A DNA stretch of 63,799 nt, counting the filler, from Octopus bimaculoides (Eukaryota): NCBI RefSeq assembly GCF_001194135.2. It is 6 parts of 5 records of this genome, joined end to end, with 100 filler letters (N's around TTAATTAATTAA, not from the genome) between each part and the next. Parts side by side here need not be neighbours in the genome. Positions count along the whole stretch, not along the records: positions 39,918 to 56,201 come from NC_068985.1; positions 56,302 to 62,623 come from NC_068995.1; 4 more parts are not named here. The stretch is one strand, 5' to 3'. Positions 48,614 to 60,990 of this stretch are shown one piece after another (position 1 is the stretch's first letter; every line of letters begins with the position of its first letter). The notes under the pieces are model-generated. The model did no database searches, was not told where the DNA came from, and saw only the letters and a program-made list of their open reading frames with translations. A program made the translations under genes and the position numbers.

Positions 48614-50949
48614 TGTATATATATTTCATATATGATGTGTATGATGTGAATTTCGGGATATCACTTATAGTGAAGAAACATCCTTAACTACTGTAACGTA
48701 TTCCTTGATCAGATAAAAAGAAAAAACAATGTTGTATTTGTTTATATTATTATTATTCGAAATCACATCAGCATCTCGGAGCGCTAGTCCACTGCTGGAT
48801 TATATTCGTGTCTCTAACGATATACTGGAGTGGATTGTTGTTACTTACATCATGTATACTGGAAGCAAAATATTGTTTAGTGAAACTAGAATAGCTACTG
48901 TAGCTACTGAGTGACGTGTGTGTGTCCCTGGAGGGTTTATTATCTTTTCTTTAGTATTTGGCAAGTGTTAATCTAAATTAAGTAGACCTCTGCTCCTCTG
49001 TTTTCACTGGTTTTCTCATGCATGATAACATCTTCCTGAAACTTTCATCTGTCCATACTGATCTGTCGTGGGACAGAGAGACAACAGCTGAATACATGGT
49101 TGCATGTCATTAAGACAGGCCTTAATGTAAATGCCAGTTCAAGTATCCAAAGTTTCCGCCGGTAAAAAGCTGCATGGTTCCAAATCGGATTGGATATGGT
49201 CAGTGACAGACAACAAAGAATCATGAATAGGCAGCAACGAGTCATATAGGTCAGAGTCACTTTTCCTCTTTATTTTATGTTCCTTTGTTGTCTTTGCTGT
49301 TATCCAAACTCCTCCAGCAACCATTGGTCGGACATCTGTTGGTCTGTATCCGGGAGGGAAATTCCATCCCAATTCACTTCACCTGAAGAACTTTCAGTGA
49401 GTTCCAATACACATACTTCTAGGCTCTCGCATCTTTTCCATACTTATTCTGCTGCTGCAGAAGCAGAGTCAGTTACTATTCTGAACTCTCTATATCAGTT
49501 AGTATCATTATATATCCATCCATGACCAACAATCAAAAACTCCAAACACAACTGATTCTTTCTCTTGATTCTTGAGCTTTCAACCTCAATCCCAGTTATT
49601 TCCGTCTCCATCGCATCATCTGATCAATAAAGATAATTCGCTTTATACCTTCACACAACTTAACACGCCTTTTTCCAATGCTTCTCTGGTATTTTAAGTC
49701 ATCTCATTAGTTGAAGCTCCACTAGTTTTATGCTGTTTGGTTCATACCCGATCTAAGTCAGTAAAGCGGTTAGCCAAATACAAGCATAAAATCTCATAAA
49801 ACTAAAACCTTAAGTCGCTCACTCACAGTTGAACTACAGAAATATAGAATACTGCCAAGAGGAAGTCACCCATCTACAATAGTCAGAAGGTATTTAACCA
49901 CCACCGTTAATACAAGCAATGCAAAGTATGTCACAGTGCACCCCAAAATTAGCAAACCTTCTGTCTCTTGAACTGTAATAGTGTTTTCTTTTATTTTCCC
50001 TTGTAAAAATCTTCAACTTTGTTGGCTCTTCATATCCGTCCCTTTCATTTATAATAGCTCTCTGAGTGGTTCTTTCACTGCAAAACCGGCTCCATTTTCT
50101 TCATTGGTTTGCTTCCAATTCCACGCTGCATACACTCAACAACCAGCAGCAAACTAATTTCTCCACCCATCTAGTTCACTAACCCTGTAAGAAAAGTCAC
50201 CGATTGCAAAAATATCTCCATTCGCTTCATCTCAAGAAGCAGTTAGCTTTTATCATTTTAATCAAAGATTTCACCCGAAAATAGAGAAGCACATTGCAGG
50301 GTGTCCCATTCTAAGTATGGTAACTTCTTTGACCTTGCAAGCTACCTTTTCTCTTCTTCGTTCTCTAGGTGATAAATAATTGCTTCAAATTTTGGTACAG
50401 TACCAGTAATGTTAGAAGTGGCGGGGCTGAATCGATCTCACTGACTCCAGTACTTGATCGGTACTTCATTTTATCAGCCCTAAAAAGATGAAAGGCAAAG
50501 TCGAAATTAGTAGTATCTGAACTCCGAACATGAGCCAGAAGGATTGCCGTTATCATTTTATCGAAGACGCTTAAGATTCAACCAGCTCGTAAGCTTTGTT
50601 CTGCTTCAGCGATCACGGTACATTTCTGTAGAGTAAATCTTCAGAAGACTTGTTCTCCTACGATATCCTCTAGCGATACTTTTCATTCGAGAACTTCAGT
50701 GGAAGGAATACTATGACCCTTCGACTGTATGAGAGAATTCTAGCTGAGGGCTCTATTCATGCCTTATCTTTCAGATCAGAAGCTTCCTATTAAATATTTC
50801 TGTTATAGCGTGCATTGACGGAATACTTGGTGACTAACATTATGTGTATGCCAAGATTCAGTTATATCTTTTCCTAGCTTTTATCAATGACTTACTAATT
50901 ATTACGTCTAGTAACGCACTGTTTAGATGATACCACACCGACATCATCT

Positions 50950-51165
50950 ACATATCAATATCAAATTTTGGCACAAGGCCAGCAATTATAGGGGAGAGAG
51001 TAAATCGACTACACTGACCCCAGTGCTCAACTGGTACTTGTTTTATCGACCTCAAAAGGATAAAAGGCAAAGTCGACCTCGGCTGAATTTGAACTCAGAG
51101 CATAAAGACGGACGAAATGCTGCTAAGCAGTTTGCTCGTTGTGCGAAGGATTCTGCCAGCTCTCA
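50950..51165 (-). mobile_element. SINE family A
   Basis: caaattttggcacaaggccagc...aaggcaaagtcgacctcggctgaatttgaactcag...ttctgccagctc. Confidence 0.8.
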
Positions 51166-51399
51166 GTCTTAGACGTCATCTACATATTAACAAGAAACTT
51201 CACATAAAATTTGTACTGCCTTCATACACAGAGACCAATGTTTATGAAATACAGCAATAGATACTATTGTTACACATATCAAGGAAAACGGATTAAACTG
51301 TACCCTCCCCCAACCTGTAACCTATTAGCAACACATAATGAAGGCCCTTGAAGTCCCTACAAATGTAAATTTTCATAATGGTGAATTTCCATATGTAAC

Positions 51400-51900
51400 A
51401 TCAACAAGACTGTATCCCAATGGTAGGGTTCTTCGTGACCAGAACATACTTCAGACTTGATCAACTGCTGGCCCTCCACAAAGTTGAAGGGAGACCCACA
51501 TTGAAATACGGATCCCGTATCTTGGACAGAATTGCTGCTAACAATTAAATGTCCTGAACCGCTTCGAAAAGAAAACCATTTGGCTGATTATCAAAATTAT
51601 TTTCGCCGTATTAGTTAGTATACGCAAAAACCACTGGTTCACTTACACGTTGTTTATTCTGATCCGCTTCTGCGGAACAAACTCTGGATTAGCACCAGTA
51701 TACTTTTATCTGAAACCTGTCCGAGCACTTGATGCTCCAAAACACTGCATTGGGCGTTTAATCCAATTTAAACTTGTCCCTCCTCTCCAGAGTTTAATCT
51801 TTCTGAATTATGTCCTCAGCTATATTTTCCATAAGGACATCGATCTACAAACTTTTAAAATGATCGTGTCAGGAATACGCCAATCTTGGAGGGTCTGCTA
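51400..51900 (+). mobile_element. CR1/L2/Jockey-group LINE 3' remnant
   Basis: QLLALHKVEGRPTLKYGSRI...QLNVLNRFEKKTIWLI resembles LL.LYK..IRP.LEY.S.IW...LD..Q..A.RLI; DIDLQTFK lies near the end. Confidence 0.55.
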
Positions 51901-52040
51901 GACTGGCAGTTATCGATCCGCCTCTTCTAACACACACACAAAAATGTTTTCTACTTAGGTGCAAGGTCTCAGATTTAAACAAGGGGTATAATCAATTATA
52001 TCAACATCTGAATTTCATTTGTACCTTTATTTTAATCGGA

Positions 52041-52352
52041 AGGCGCGTGGCTTAGTAGTTAGAGTGTTTGGCTCATGTTGTGAGTTCGATCTCCGGTGTC
52101 GCGTTGTGTCCTTCAGCATGACACTTTATCTCCTGTTGTTCCAGTCCACTCAGCTGGTAAAAATGATTTGTACTTGCAATTCGAAGGGCCAGCCTTGTCA
52201 CATTTTGTCTTACGCTGAATCTCGCTGACAGCTACGTTAAGAGTACGCGTGTCCGTGGTATGTTCAGCCATTTGCACGATAATTTCATGAGCAGGCTGTT
52301 CCGTTGATCGGATCAGCTGGAACCTTTGTTGTTGTAACTCACGGAGTGCCAG
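52041..52352 (+). mobile_element. SINE family C, full length
   Basis: ggcgcgtggcttagtagttagagtg, gagttcgatctcc, CORE-like gtgtccttcagcatgacacttta, tail shared with 44995. Confidence 0.75.
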
Positions 52353-53018
52353 AAAGAAATTTTAATCGGCCTCGTAGTATGAAAATCAAGGCTGGTCCCA
52401 GTGGAATTTGAATTCATAATAAGCAGTATAGTTAACGATGACAAAATAAAATTTTAAAAAACAAACGAACAAATAAACAAACAAATAAAAAAACTAACCT
52501 TCAACACGTTGAGACAAATGGAAGAAACGATGAGAATATTGTTCCGTGCATAAAAATAGGCCTCACGCATTTGCACACTTCAGTCCTTGTTAGTAGTGAA
52601 ACATCTAATGCAAGAGAATGTGATTTCAACGGAGATAAATTTCTTTAGCAATATACAGAATTTATAGATTTAAGAAATGTTTTCGCTACTATTTCTTTTT
52701 CTTTTTGAAACTTAGAGATTTTGCAACTGCAGTGAAAATGAAACCTCTAAACTCGTACAGAGATCGAAGTAAAGTTGAATTCCACAGCTATGAATTAAAT
52801 TTATCTAAAACTCTGAATATAGAAATGAACTTCTAGGAAGTTTGTTTACTTTCATGTTTCAATTTAAACCCGGGTTCCGGATCGCAGCTATCGCTCCCAC
52901 GAAATTTGCATTACAAATGACTTATGATTTCTTACTTTGCTATCTATTTGAATAGCTATAGAAAAAAAGTAACTATTACACATACATACATGCATACATA
53001 CATACATATATGTATATA

Positions 53019-53054
<36 letters not shown>

Positions 53055-53879
53055 CACACAAACATATATACACAAATATGCATGTAGGNNNNNNNNNNTA
53101 CACAAATATGCATGTAGGCTGGTAAGTTGGTAGTTGTATAGGTAGTTATACAATAGACTCGTCTGTCCGTTGTTGGACTTGTCGCTAATGCTGTTATAGA
53201 AGTTATTGTTATTAGCGCTTGAGTGACCCTCACATTGTAAAATTTATTGTTTAGCCCAAGGTTATGCTGATGAAAAAGAATGTAATAAAAGGCACTCCAG
53301 CCATAACACCCTTCCCCATATTTTTAGGTATTCTGTACCGGAGTCTACATTAACCAATGTTTCCTTTCAAAGTCGGTAAGGTGAATGTATTTAACGGTGG
53401 TTTAGCTGCTATTTCAAAGTTAAGCAAACACTTCGAGAGAATTTATTATTACGATGTTGCTGTTACTTCGCCTGATGTTGTTTAACTCAAGGTCAGCCTC
53501 CAAATCAACTATCTCTATGATCTGAGGCGTTCCAATTATGACCATCTCGATTTCCTTTTGACCGTAATTGTAGAACTAAATCATCCAATGTGTTCTTCCT
53601 CCAATTAAGACAGTAGTGTGTGAATTAAGGGAAAATTGGTCGTAATTTCTGTTCGGTTGAGTGACCAAGTATACCTACACCCTGGTCAAACTAGAGTTGA
53701 TCGCTGAGTAACAGTAGCATTGATTCTCTGCATTGATAAATAAATAAATGAATACATGAATAAATAAATAGATAAATAAATAGATAAATACATAAATAGG
53801 CGTGGGTTGGCTGTGTGGTTAAGAAGATGGCTTCGCAAACACAGTTTCGGGTTCAGTCCGACTCGAGCGACACTGAATG

Positions 53880-54040
53880 GTGTCTCCCAATGTAGGATTC
53901 CTCACTATACAGGTGACCGGTACAACTGTAAGATGCATTACGGATCTATAGCAATTGGACGGGCGTGACTCAACTCAGATAAACATTAACAACTGTGTGA
54001 CATGAGGGCTAAGGAGAAATGAAAGTGTCACTTCTGGAGT
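53880..54040. repeat. Dispersed repeat of about 150 bp; inverted partner at 62765-62915
   Basis: Identical 33-bp core ccaattgctatagatccgtaatgcatcttacag (plus strand at 62.8 kb, minus strand here). Confidence 0.8.
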
Positions 54041-54434
54041 TTTCCAATGATCTCTATGCCGATAGGTAACTAAACAGAATAAATTTGCAATCTATAAATC
54101 CCTTTGAATGACCAATCACTTATCTGGAAAGGCCTTGAAATCAATGTTACCATCTGGGGACTATCTCTGACCCAGTGATGATATAGCGACTCAAAGGTGG
54201 TCTGCAACCAAATAACTTTACTCAAATTAACGCTTTGCAACTGAATCAGTGGAGGCAAAAATGCCTTTCATTTGCTTGACAATTTATGCTCCACATTGCA
54301 GAAATCACAATCTAAGTATATCTCAAAGCAAACTCTTACACTGTTGTACCAATGAATGACAAATAACGCTCATCTTGTATCCTCGGGTGTCTCTACAGCT
54401 TCCAAGACTACAATTGTATTCGTCTTGTCTTAGG

Positions 54435-55155
54435 AAAAATGACTAAATTGTGGGGGATTAAGCTCCCATTAAGGGGTCTTACTAACTTCCTAAGAAGTTG
54501 AAATTTTAGGAATATTACTTCATTTGTGTCTAATATCTATAGTTAAAACTTCATCAACAGCAAAAATATATGAATTTTCATGGGGGTTATGGCCTCATTT
54601 ACGCCCCTCTCTTTCAAACATATACTGCATTACATCCGCCCTTATGCATAGAATATAATTTCCAAATTTCATAAAGATCCATTCAGTATTTCTGACCTTG
54701 TTTTGGATCGTAAAAAATTACTAGAATTTGGGAGTTAAGGCCCCCATTTGGGGTCTTTGAATCCTCATGAGAAGCAGAAACGTTGGGAATATTTCTTGAT
54801 CTGTGTCAATTACCTGTGGTTGAAATTTCATCAGCATCGGAAATTTGTGAATTTTCATGGGGAGTTCTGCCCCGTTTAAGCCCCCTCAAATTCAAACCAA
54901 ACATATTGCATTATACCCGCCCTTATGCATTGACTCTCAGTAATTTTGATCCATGAAAAATGACTAAAATTTGGAAGTCAAGCTCCTATTAGGGGGTCTT
55001 AGAATCATCCAAAGAAATTTAGATTTTGATTATATTTTTTAATTTATTTCTAATGCCTAATTTTCATCAAAATCCGAAGCATATGAATTTTCACACATAC
55101 GTACGTACGTACGTATGTATGTATGTATGTATGTATGTATGTATGTATGTATGTA
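54435..55155. mobile_element. Diverged tandem units of about 245-277 bp (x2.5) ending in (TACG/TATG)n; Helitron/Helentron non-autonomous-like
   Basis: Units start at 54435, 54712 and 54956; recurring tgaattttcatggg, ccgcccttatgcat and aaatttcat motifs. Confidence 0.55.
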
Positions 55156-55921
55156 TAACACAGCGTTGTCGCAACAGCTTGATTGTTGTTACCTTTGTGT
55201 TGGTGTAGTTGAAGCCTAGATCAACCTTGATGAAATGGACCTGTAATAAAGGGCAACACAGACTAGGGCCGTCTTAAAGCACTGGTACATTTGGTAGTAA
55301 TCTAAGGGCCTCATGTGTCTAGTGGTCTATTCTGATCTATGTCTGTTGTGTCTAACTGTCAAAAACTATTGGACCTAGTGCATTGATTTGACCGAGGGTG
55401 GAGCTCTAATGCAGCTAAGACTGCCCTGGCCCAGACGTAGCCATTCTATTTGTTAAGGGGTATCTAGGACTCTGTTATCTAAGATACCTTCCCGTCCCTT
55501 TCTTCAATCAGGTAAGATCTGATTTCGACAAAATTTAGTTGCTATTTTCAGCACATTGAAGCGACCACATAAGGAATCCGTTATCAACTGGTAATTGTTG
55601 TTGCGGTCTTCATTGCTTTTGTCTATCATTATTGCAAGTATTACCTGCTGCTGCTGTGGTTATTGTTGTTATCGTTATACGATGTTAGATAAAACATTGT
55701 GAAACATTTTTGCAAGTAATTATCCCCACCCTCGATACAGTCCAGTGAGTCATCTGTGTACACCTCAAATACGATTTCTCATATTCAACTCAAGCTGCTG
55801 CTGCTGCCGTTGTCGTTGTTTGCTTTGCTCGACACTGTAGCTAAATGCTTTCACCGGAAATAGAGATGCATTTCATTTAAAGTTTCTTCCTTTCTTTTTC
55901 TTCGTTCTTCCTTTCTGTCCT

Positions 55922-55952
<31 letters not shown>

Positions 55953-56301
55953 AATTTCTTTTTCTTTGTAAACAATCGTAGACATTGCACTCCTGTTTCA
56001 ATGTGACAGCTTATCACATTTGATGTATAATATATATGTAAATGTGTGTGTGTGTGGATAGGTATATTTGCAAGCATGCATGTATGTAGGTAGGTATTAA
56101 CATATATATGTGTGTGCGTGCGTGCGTGCATGTGTGTGTGTGTTATAAATTAGAAAGAACAGTAAAAGATTGCCATTATAGTACTCGGAGTATATATATA
56201 TNNNNNNNNNNNNNNNNNNNNNNNNNNNNNNNNNNNNNNNNNNNNTTAATTAATTAANNNNNNNNNNNNNNNNNNNNNNNNNNNNNNNNNNNNNNNNNNN
56301 N

Positions 56302-56334
<33 letters not shown>

Positions 56335-56389
56335 TATATACATGGCTGGTGAAGTTCTATTTTCTTTCCTCGATAGTATTTAACGGTCT

Positions 56390-56660
56390 TGCTTGGCATT
56401 TTATCTTGCGAAGGACCCGCTCCTAAGTTCTTTTATTCGCTCTGCTTATTTTGAGAATGCGTCTAAAATACAATGGTTCGAATGCTCCAATTTTCGTTTT
56501 CCCAATCTTCTTACTAATCCTAAAATTCAGCAATAGCGAACCCTTCAAGAAGTACTCACAGCCTGATAATCTCCTATGCAACTTCAGTATTGATGGATTA
56601 TCCTAATTCAACAAAGATCAAGAAGAGAAACACGGTGCGTACCGCAAGCAAAATCATCGA
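56390..56660 (-). mobile_element. RTE-clade LINE fragment
   Basis: KIGAFEPLYFRRILKISRANKRT*ERVLRKI resembles I.AFEMW.YRRIL.ISW..K.TNEEVL. Confidence 0.45.
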
Positions 56661-56704
56661 TTAAGTTTCCCTTAAAATTATGAATGATGATAACAGACTG
56701 ATAT

Positions 56705-57110
56705 CAAATTTTGGCACAAGGCCAACAAATTCTGGGGACCCAGTGTTCAACTGGCACTTATTTTATCGACCCCGAAGAAGATGTAAGATAAAATCGACAT
56801 CAACAGAATTTGAACTAAGAATGTAAGGATGGACAATATGCTGCCAAGCATTATGCCCGGCGTGTTAACGATTCCCCCAATTTGACACCTTTGACTGATG
56901 AATATATACAGATTTTAAATATTGGCACAAGGCCAGCAATATCGAGGGAAAAGGTTAAGTCGATTACGTCGACCCCTAGTGTTCAGATGGTATTTGTTCT
57001 ATCGACCCACGAATGGATGAAAAGCAAAGTCAACTTCGGCGGAAATTGAACTCAAAACGTAAAGACAGACGAAATACCGCCCGACGTGTTAACGATTCTG
57101 CCAGCACGCC
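56705..57110 (-). mobile_element. Two adjacent SINE family A copies
   Basis: Two ggcacaaggcca...gaattt/aattgaact blocks in tandem. Confidence 0.75.
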
Positions 57111-57149
57111 ACCTATGGATGATGATCATATATCAGCATAGAATGTAAC

Positions 57150-57301
57150 TTTAGCTGTGTGCTAAGAAGCTTGCTTCCCAACCACATGATTCCGGGTTCA
57201 GTCCCACTACATGGTATCTTGGGAAGGTCTCTCCTACTATAGTTTCGAGCCGAAAAGCCTTGCGAGTAGATTTGGTAGACAGAAACTGGAAGATGCCCGT
57301 C

Positions 57302-57341
<40 letters not shown>

Positions 57342-57560
57342 TGTGTGTGTGTGTCTGTGTTTGTCCTCCCATCGTCGCTTGACAACCGATGCTGGTGTGT
57401 TTACGTTCCCATAACTTAGCGGTTCTGGAAAGTAACCGATAGAATAAGTGCTAAGCTTACAACGAATAAGACTTCGGATCGCTTTGTTCGACTAAGAAAA
57501 AAAAAACTTTTAGGCGGTGCTCCAGCATAACCGCAGTCAAATGATTGGAACAAGTGAAAG
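57150..57560 (+). mobile_element. Full-length SINE family B
   Basis: gctgtgtgctaagaagcttgc...gggttcagtcccact...ggcggtgctccagcataaccgcagtcaaatga. Confidence 0.8.
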
Positions 57561-57889
57561 AACGAAATGTGATAATGACACTTATATCACATTATATTGC
57601 AATGGTTTTACTTTTTCTTCTCGAGAGCGGGTGACTGTTACAACGTGAACGGCAAAACCGTTGGTCTCCCATGGCGCAACCCCAAAATATTCAGTATGCC
57701 ACCACATCAGTGGAAGGTATTACACATGTGATTAGCAGCTGCCATTACAAACAAACACACACACACAACACACACATACACACCTTGAAGCGTGCACGGA
57801 AAGTTGTAAATTATTAATTAATTCAGGAAATGCCATTTTTAAAGCTTCTGTGTGTATGTATTTGTATGTGTATGGTTTTCTGTGTATCT

Positions 57890-57953
<64 letters not shown>

Positions 57954-58386
57954 TGGACATGTGTGTTTACTTTTTCACATCCATTTACATTTCAACAAGA
58001 AGTCAATATTATGTCGGCAACTATTTACATGAGCACATGTAAACATACGAGTTTGCAACATCTGTGTATATATGTANNNNNNNNNNNNNNNNNNNNNNNN
58101 NNNNNNNNNNNNNNNNNNNNNNNNNNNNNNNNNNNNNNNNNNNNNNNNNNNNNNNNNNNNNNNNNNNNNNNNNNNNNNNNNNNNNNNNNNNNNNNNNNNN
58201 NNNNNNNNNNNNNNNNNNNNNNNNNNNNNNNNNNNNNNNNNNNNNNNNNNNNNNNNNNNNNNNNNNNNNNNNNNNNNNNNNNNNNNNNNNNNNNNNNNNN
58301 NNNNNNNNNNNNNNNNNNNNNNNNNNNNNNNNNNNNNNNNNNNNNNNNNNNNNNNNNNNNNNNNNNNNNNNNNNNNNNNNNNNNNN

Positions 58387-58426
<40 letters not shown>

Positions 58427-58533
58427 AGTGTGTGTGTGTGTGAGTGTGTGTGTATACACAATAGAGTAAGCACATAAATTTGAACCAAGGTGGAAAAAAT
58501 CGTACTCGAATACAGGAGGTAGAGTAATATGCT

Positions 58534-58692
58534 TTATTAATAAAACTACAAAGACATCAGCAAAGCTGTTACTCAGAGTATCACGTTCCCCCTTTGTCGG
58601 ACAGTTTTAGTTTCTCAAACCAAAGCTGTCCGACGAACGGGAACATGAAACTCTGAGTAACAGCTTTTGTGATGTTTTTGCAGCTTAATTAA
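58534..58692. repeat. 159-bp palindrome made of two inverted HHR copies
   Basis: aaagctgttactcagagtatcacgttccc...gtcggacag pairs with ctgtccgacgaacgggaacatgaaactctgagtaacagcttt. Confidence 0.85.
58622..58667 (+). ncRNA. Minimal hammerhead (U4C core)
   Basis: aaagctgt CCGACGA acg-ggaa-cat GAAA ctctgag UA acagcttt. 8-bp stem I, near-palindromic stem III ACTC-T-GAGT, one stem II mismatch. Confidence 0.65.
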
Positions 58693-58712
58693 CAGAGTTT
58701 TCTTCCTTGAGT

Positions 58713-58790
58713 GTCTTCGCGTGTACCACATCTTCGCGTGTACCACGTCTTCGCATGTACCACGTCTTCGCGTGTACCACGTCTTCGCGT
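58713..58790. repeat. 17-bp tandem repeat x4.5
   Basis: Unit gtcttcgcgtgtaccac. Confidence 0.9.
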
Positions 58791-58859
58791 TATTGCTTTT
58801 TTTTCTTGTTTTGTATTTTCTTCGTTTTTTTTTTTGTATTAAATATATATATTCTTTTA

Positions 58860-59092
58860 TTCTTTTATTTGTTTCCGTCATTTGACTGCGACCATGCTGG
58901 AGTACCGCCTTTAGTAGAACAAATCGACACCAGGACTTATTCTTTGTAAGCCTAGTACTTATTCTATCAGTCATTTTTGCCGATCCGCTAAGTTGTGGGT
59001 ACGTAAACGCACCTACATCGGTTGTGAAGCAATGATGGTGGGGGGACAAAACCCAGACACACATATACATATATACATACATACATACATTC

Positions 59093-59131
<39 letters not shown>

Positions 59132-59132
59132 C

Positions 59133-59172
<40 letters not shown>

Positions 59173-59254
59173 GAATGTATGTATGTATGTATATATGACG
59201 GGCTTCTTTCCTTTTCCTTCTACCAAATCCACTCGCAAGCCTTTGGTCGGCCGG
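58860..59254 (-). mobile_element. SINE family B with expanded internal microsatellite
   Basis: gtcatttgactgcgaccatgctggag...gacgggcttc...ctttggtcggccgg, up to the gap. Confidence 0.8.
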
Positions 59255-59733
59255 NNNNNNNNNNNNNNNNNNNNNNNNNNNNNNNNNNNNNNNNNNNNNN
59301 NNNNNNNNNNNNNNNNNNNNNNNNNNNNNNNNNNNNNNNNNNNNNNNNNNNNNNNNNNNNNNNNNNNNNNNNNNNNNNNNNNNNNNNNNNNNNNNNNNNN
59401 NNNNNNNNNNNNNNNNNNNNNNNNNNNNNNNNNNNNNNNNNNNNNNNNNNNNNNNNNNNNNNNNNNNNNNNNNNNNNNNNNNNNNNNNNNNNNNNNNNNN
59501 NNNNNNNNNNNNNNNNNNNNNNNNNNNNNNNNNNNNNNNNNNNNNNNNNNNNNNNNNNNNNNNNNNNNNNNNNNNNNNNNNNNNNNNNNNNNNNNNNNNN
59601 NNNNNNNNNNNNNNNNNNNNNNNNNNNNNNNNNNNNNNNNNNNNNNNNNNNNNNNNNNNNNNNNNNNNNNNNNNNNNNNNNNNNNNNNNNNNNNNNNNNN
59701 NNNNNNNNNNNNNNNNNNNNNNNNNNNNNNNNN

Positions 59734-59910
59734 AAAGGGATTAAGTCGATTATATCGACCCCAGTGCGTAACTGGTATTTATTTAATCGACCCTGAAAGA
59801 ACGAAAGGCAACGTCGACCTCGGCGGAATTTGAACTCAGAACGTAACGGCAGACGAAATACCGCTAAGCATTTCGTCCGGCGTGCCTACGATTCTGACAG
59901 TTCACCGTCC
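59734..59910 (-). mobile_element. SINE family A
   Basis: aaagggattaagtcgattatatcgaccccagtgcgtaactgg...aaataccgctaagcatttcg. Confidence 0.85.
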
Positions 59911-59945
59911 TTGAAACCATCATATTATGTATGTAATGTGTGTGT

Positions 59946-59993
<48 letters not shown>

Positions 59994-60598
59994 GTGTGTG
60001 TGCATCAATGTTTGTGAGTGTATATATCCAGGCAAATGCGTGCGTTTGTATGCACCCGGGTGCATGTGTATTTCTGTGATGTGTTAAGAAAAGCCAACCC
60101 CTGAGTGATTAAGTCATAATTCTGTGTAAGAGTAAGGAAATCAGCTTGCTTGAAAGCGAGTGCATCGTTAACATCAAGGTGCACTTATTTGCAGGGTAGC
60201 AAGTTACACCATGTGTAACAAAAACCGGTGCAAATCCATCTTTAGTTAATTAACGGCTTTTGACATTAATTAAATATAGGTGCATATGGAGATTCCTTGT
60301 GGTACGTGTATTGGATGTTGTTGGTTTTGGGTAGAGATGGGAATGGGTGGAGGGCTGTTTGATGAAGAAATGTTGTTGTTTTTTTATTTGTTGGTGGAGG
60401 GGAAGAAGGGTTTGCGCGTAAACGTTGATGGGAGATGAAGAGAAAAGTGTGGGAGTAGGGGTATGGAAGAGGGGATGGGGGAAAGAAGGGAAAAGTGGAG
60501 ATCTTTAGGAGGGAAGTGATGAAGAATCGCTTATGTATGAGTATGTGTATACATACAGATGTGTATATATATATANNNNNNNNNNGGAATTTGTAGTG

Positions 60599-60674
60599 GG
60601 TAGTTTAGCTTAATCGGTCTAGAGCGACGTGACGCGTAATCACGGAGGTGTGAGTTCGAGTCTCATAGCTGGCC
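60599..60674 (+). tRNA. tRNA-like cloverleaf (Thr-CGT-like pseudogene or SINE head)
   Basis: D arm gctt/gagc, anticodon stem cgtga/tcacg with loop cgcgtaa, T arm gtgag-ttcgagt-ctcat, acceptor 6 of 7 pairs including wobbles; G at position 33 instead of U. Confidence 0.55.
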
Positions 60675-60789
60675 GCCTACACTGTTTTCTGCAAAATAGG
60701 AGTAGCTTATCCTGTTCAGGCTATATTATTAGCATTATCCTGCGTTTGAGAATTTAAAATCAATTCTTCAACTTTCTAAGACATTTCAA

Positions 60790-60990
60790 CGCTTCTAAAA
60801 GCAAACTTCGTTTGTTTGTTTACGTTTATCGTAATTTGAATTTAATATATGCACATATATAAATTGACAGAATGAGATTAAAAAATTCCAAGACAGTAAA
60901 CTGTTTTCAGAACATTTATAAAGAAAGTTGTCTGCCCAAGTACAAGAGGAATCAAAAGGATCCAGAGGCAGAAATGTTTGAGAATCACCG
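60790..60990. mobile_element. Possible hAT-type non-autonomous element end
   Basis: Ends aatgtttgagaatcaccg, whose reverse complement resembles Charlie-type TIRs (CAGTGGTTCTCAAAC); the other TIR was not found. Confidence 0.3.

Noticed and set aside
50600-50650. CTGAAGA...GAAA on the minus strand (similar at 51790-51820)
   Set aside because: No paired stem I or stem II and no UH cleavage site; chance motifs.
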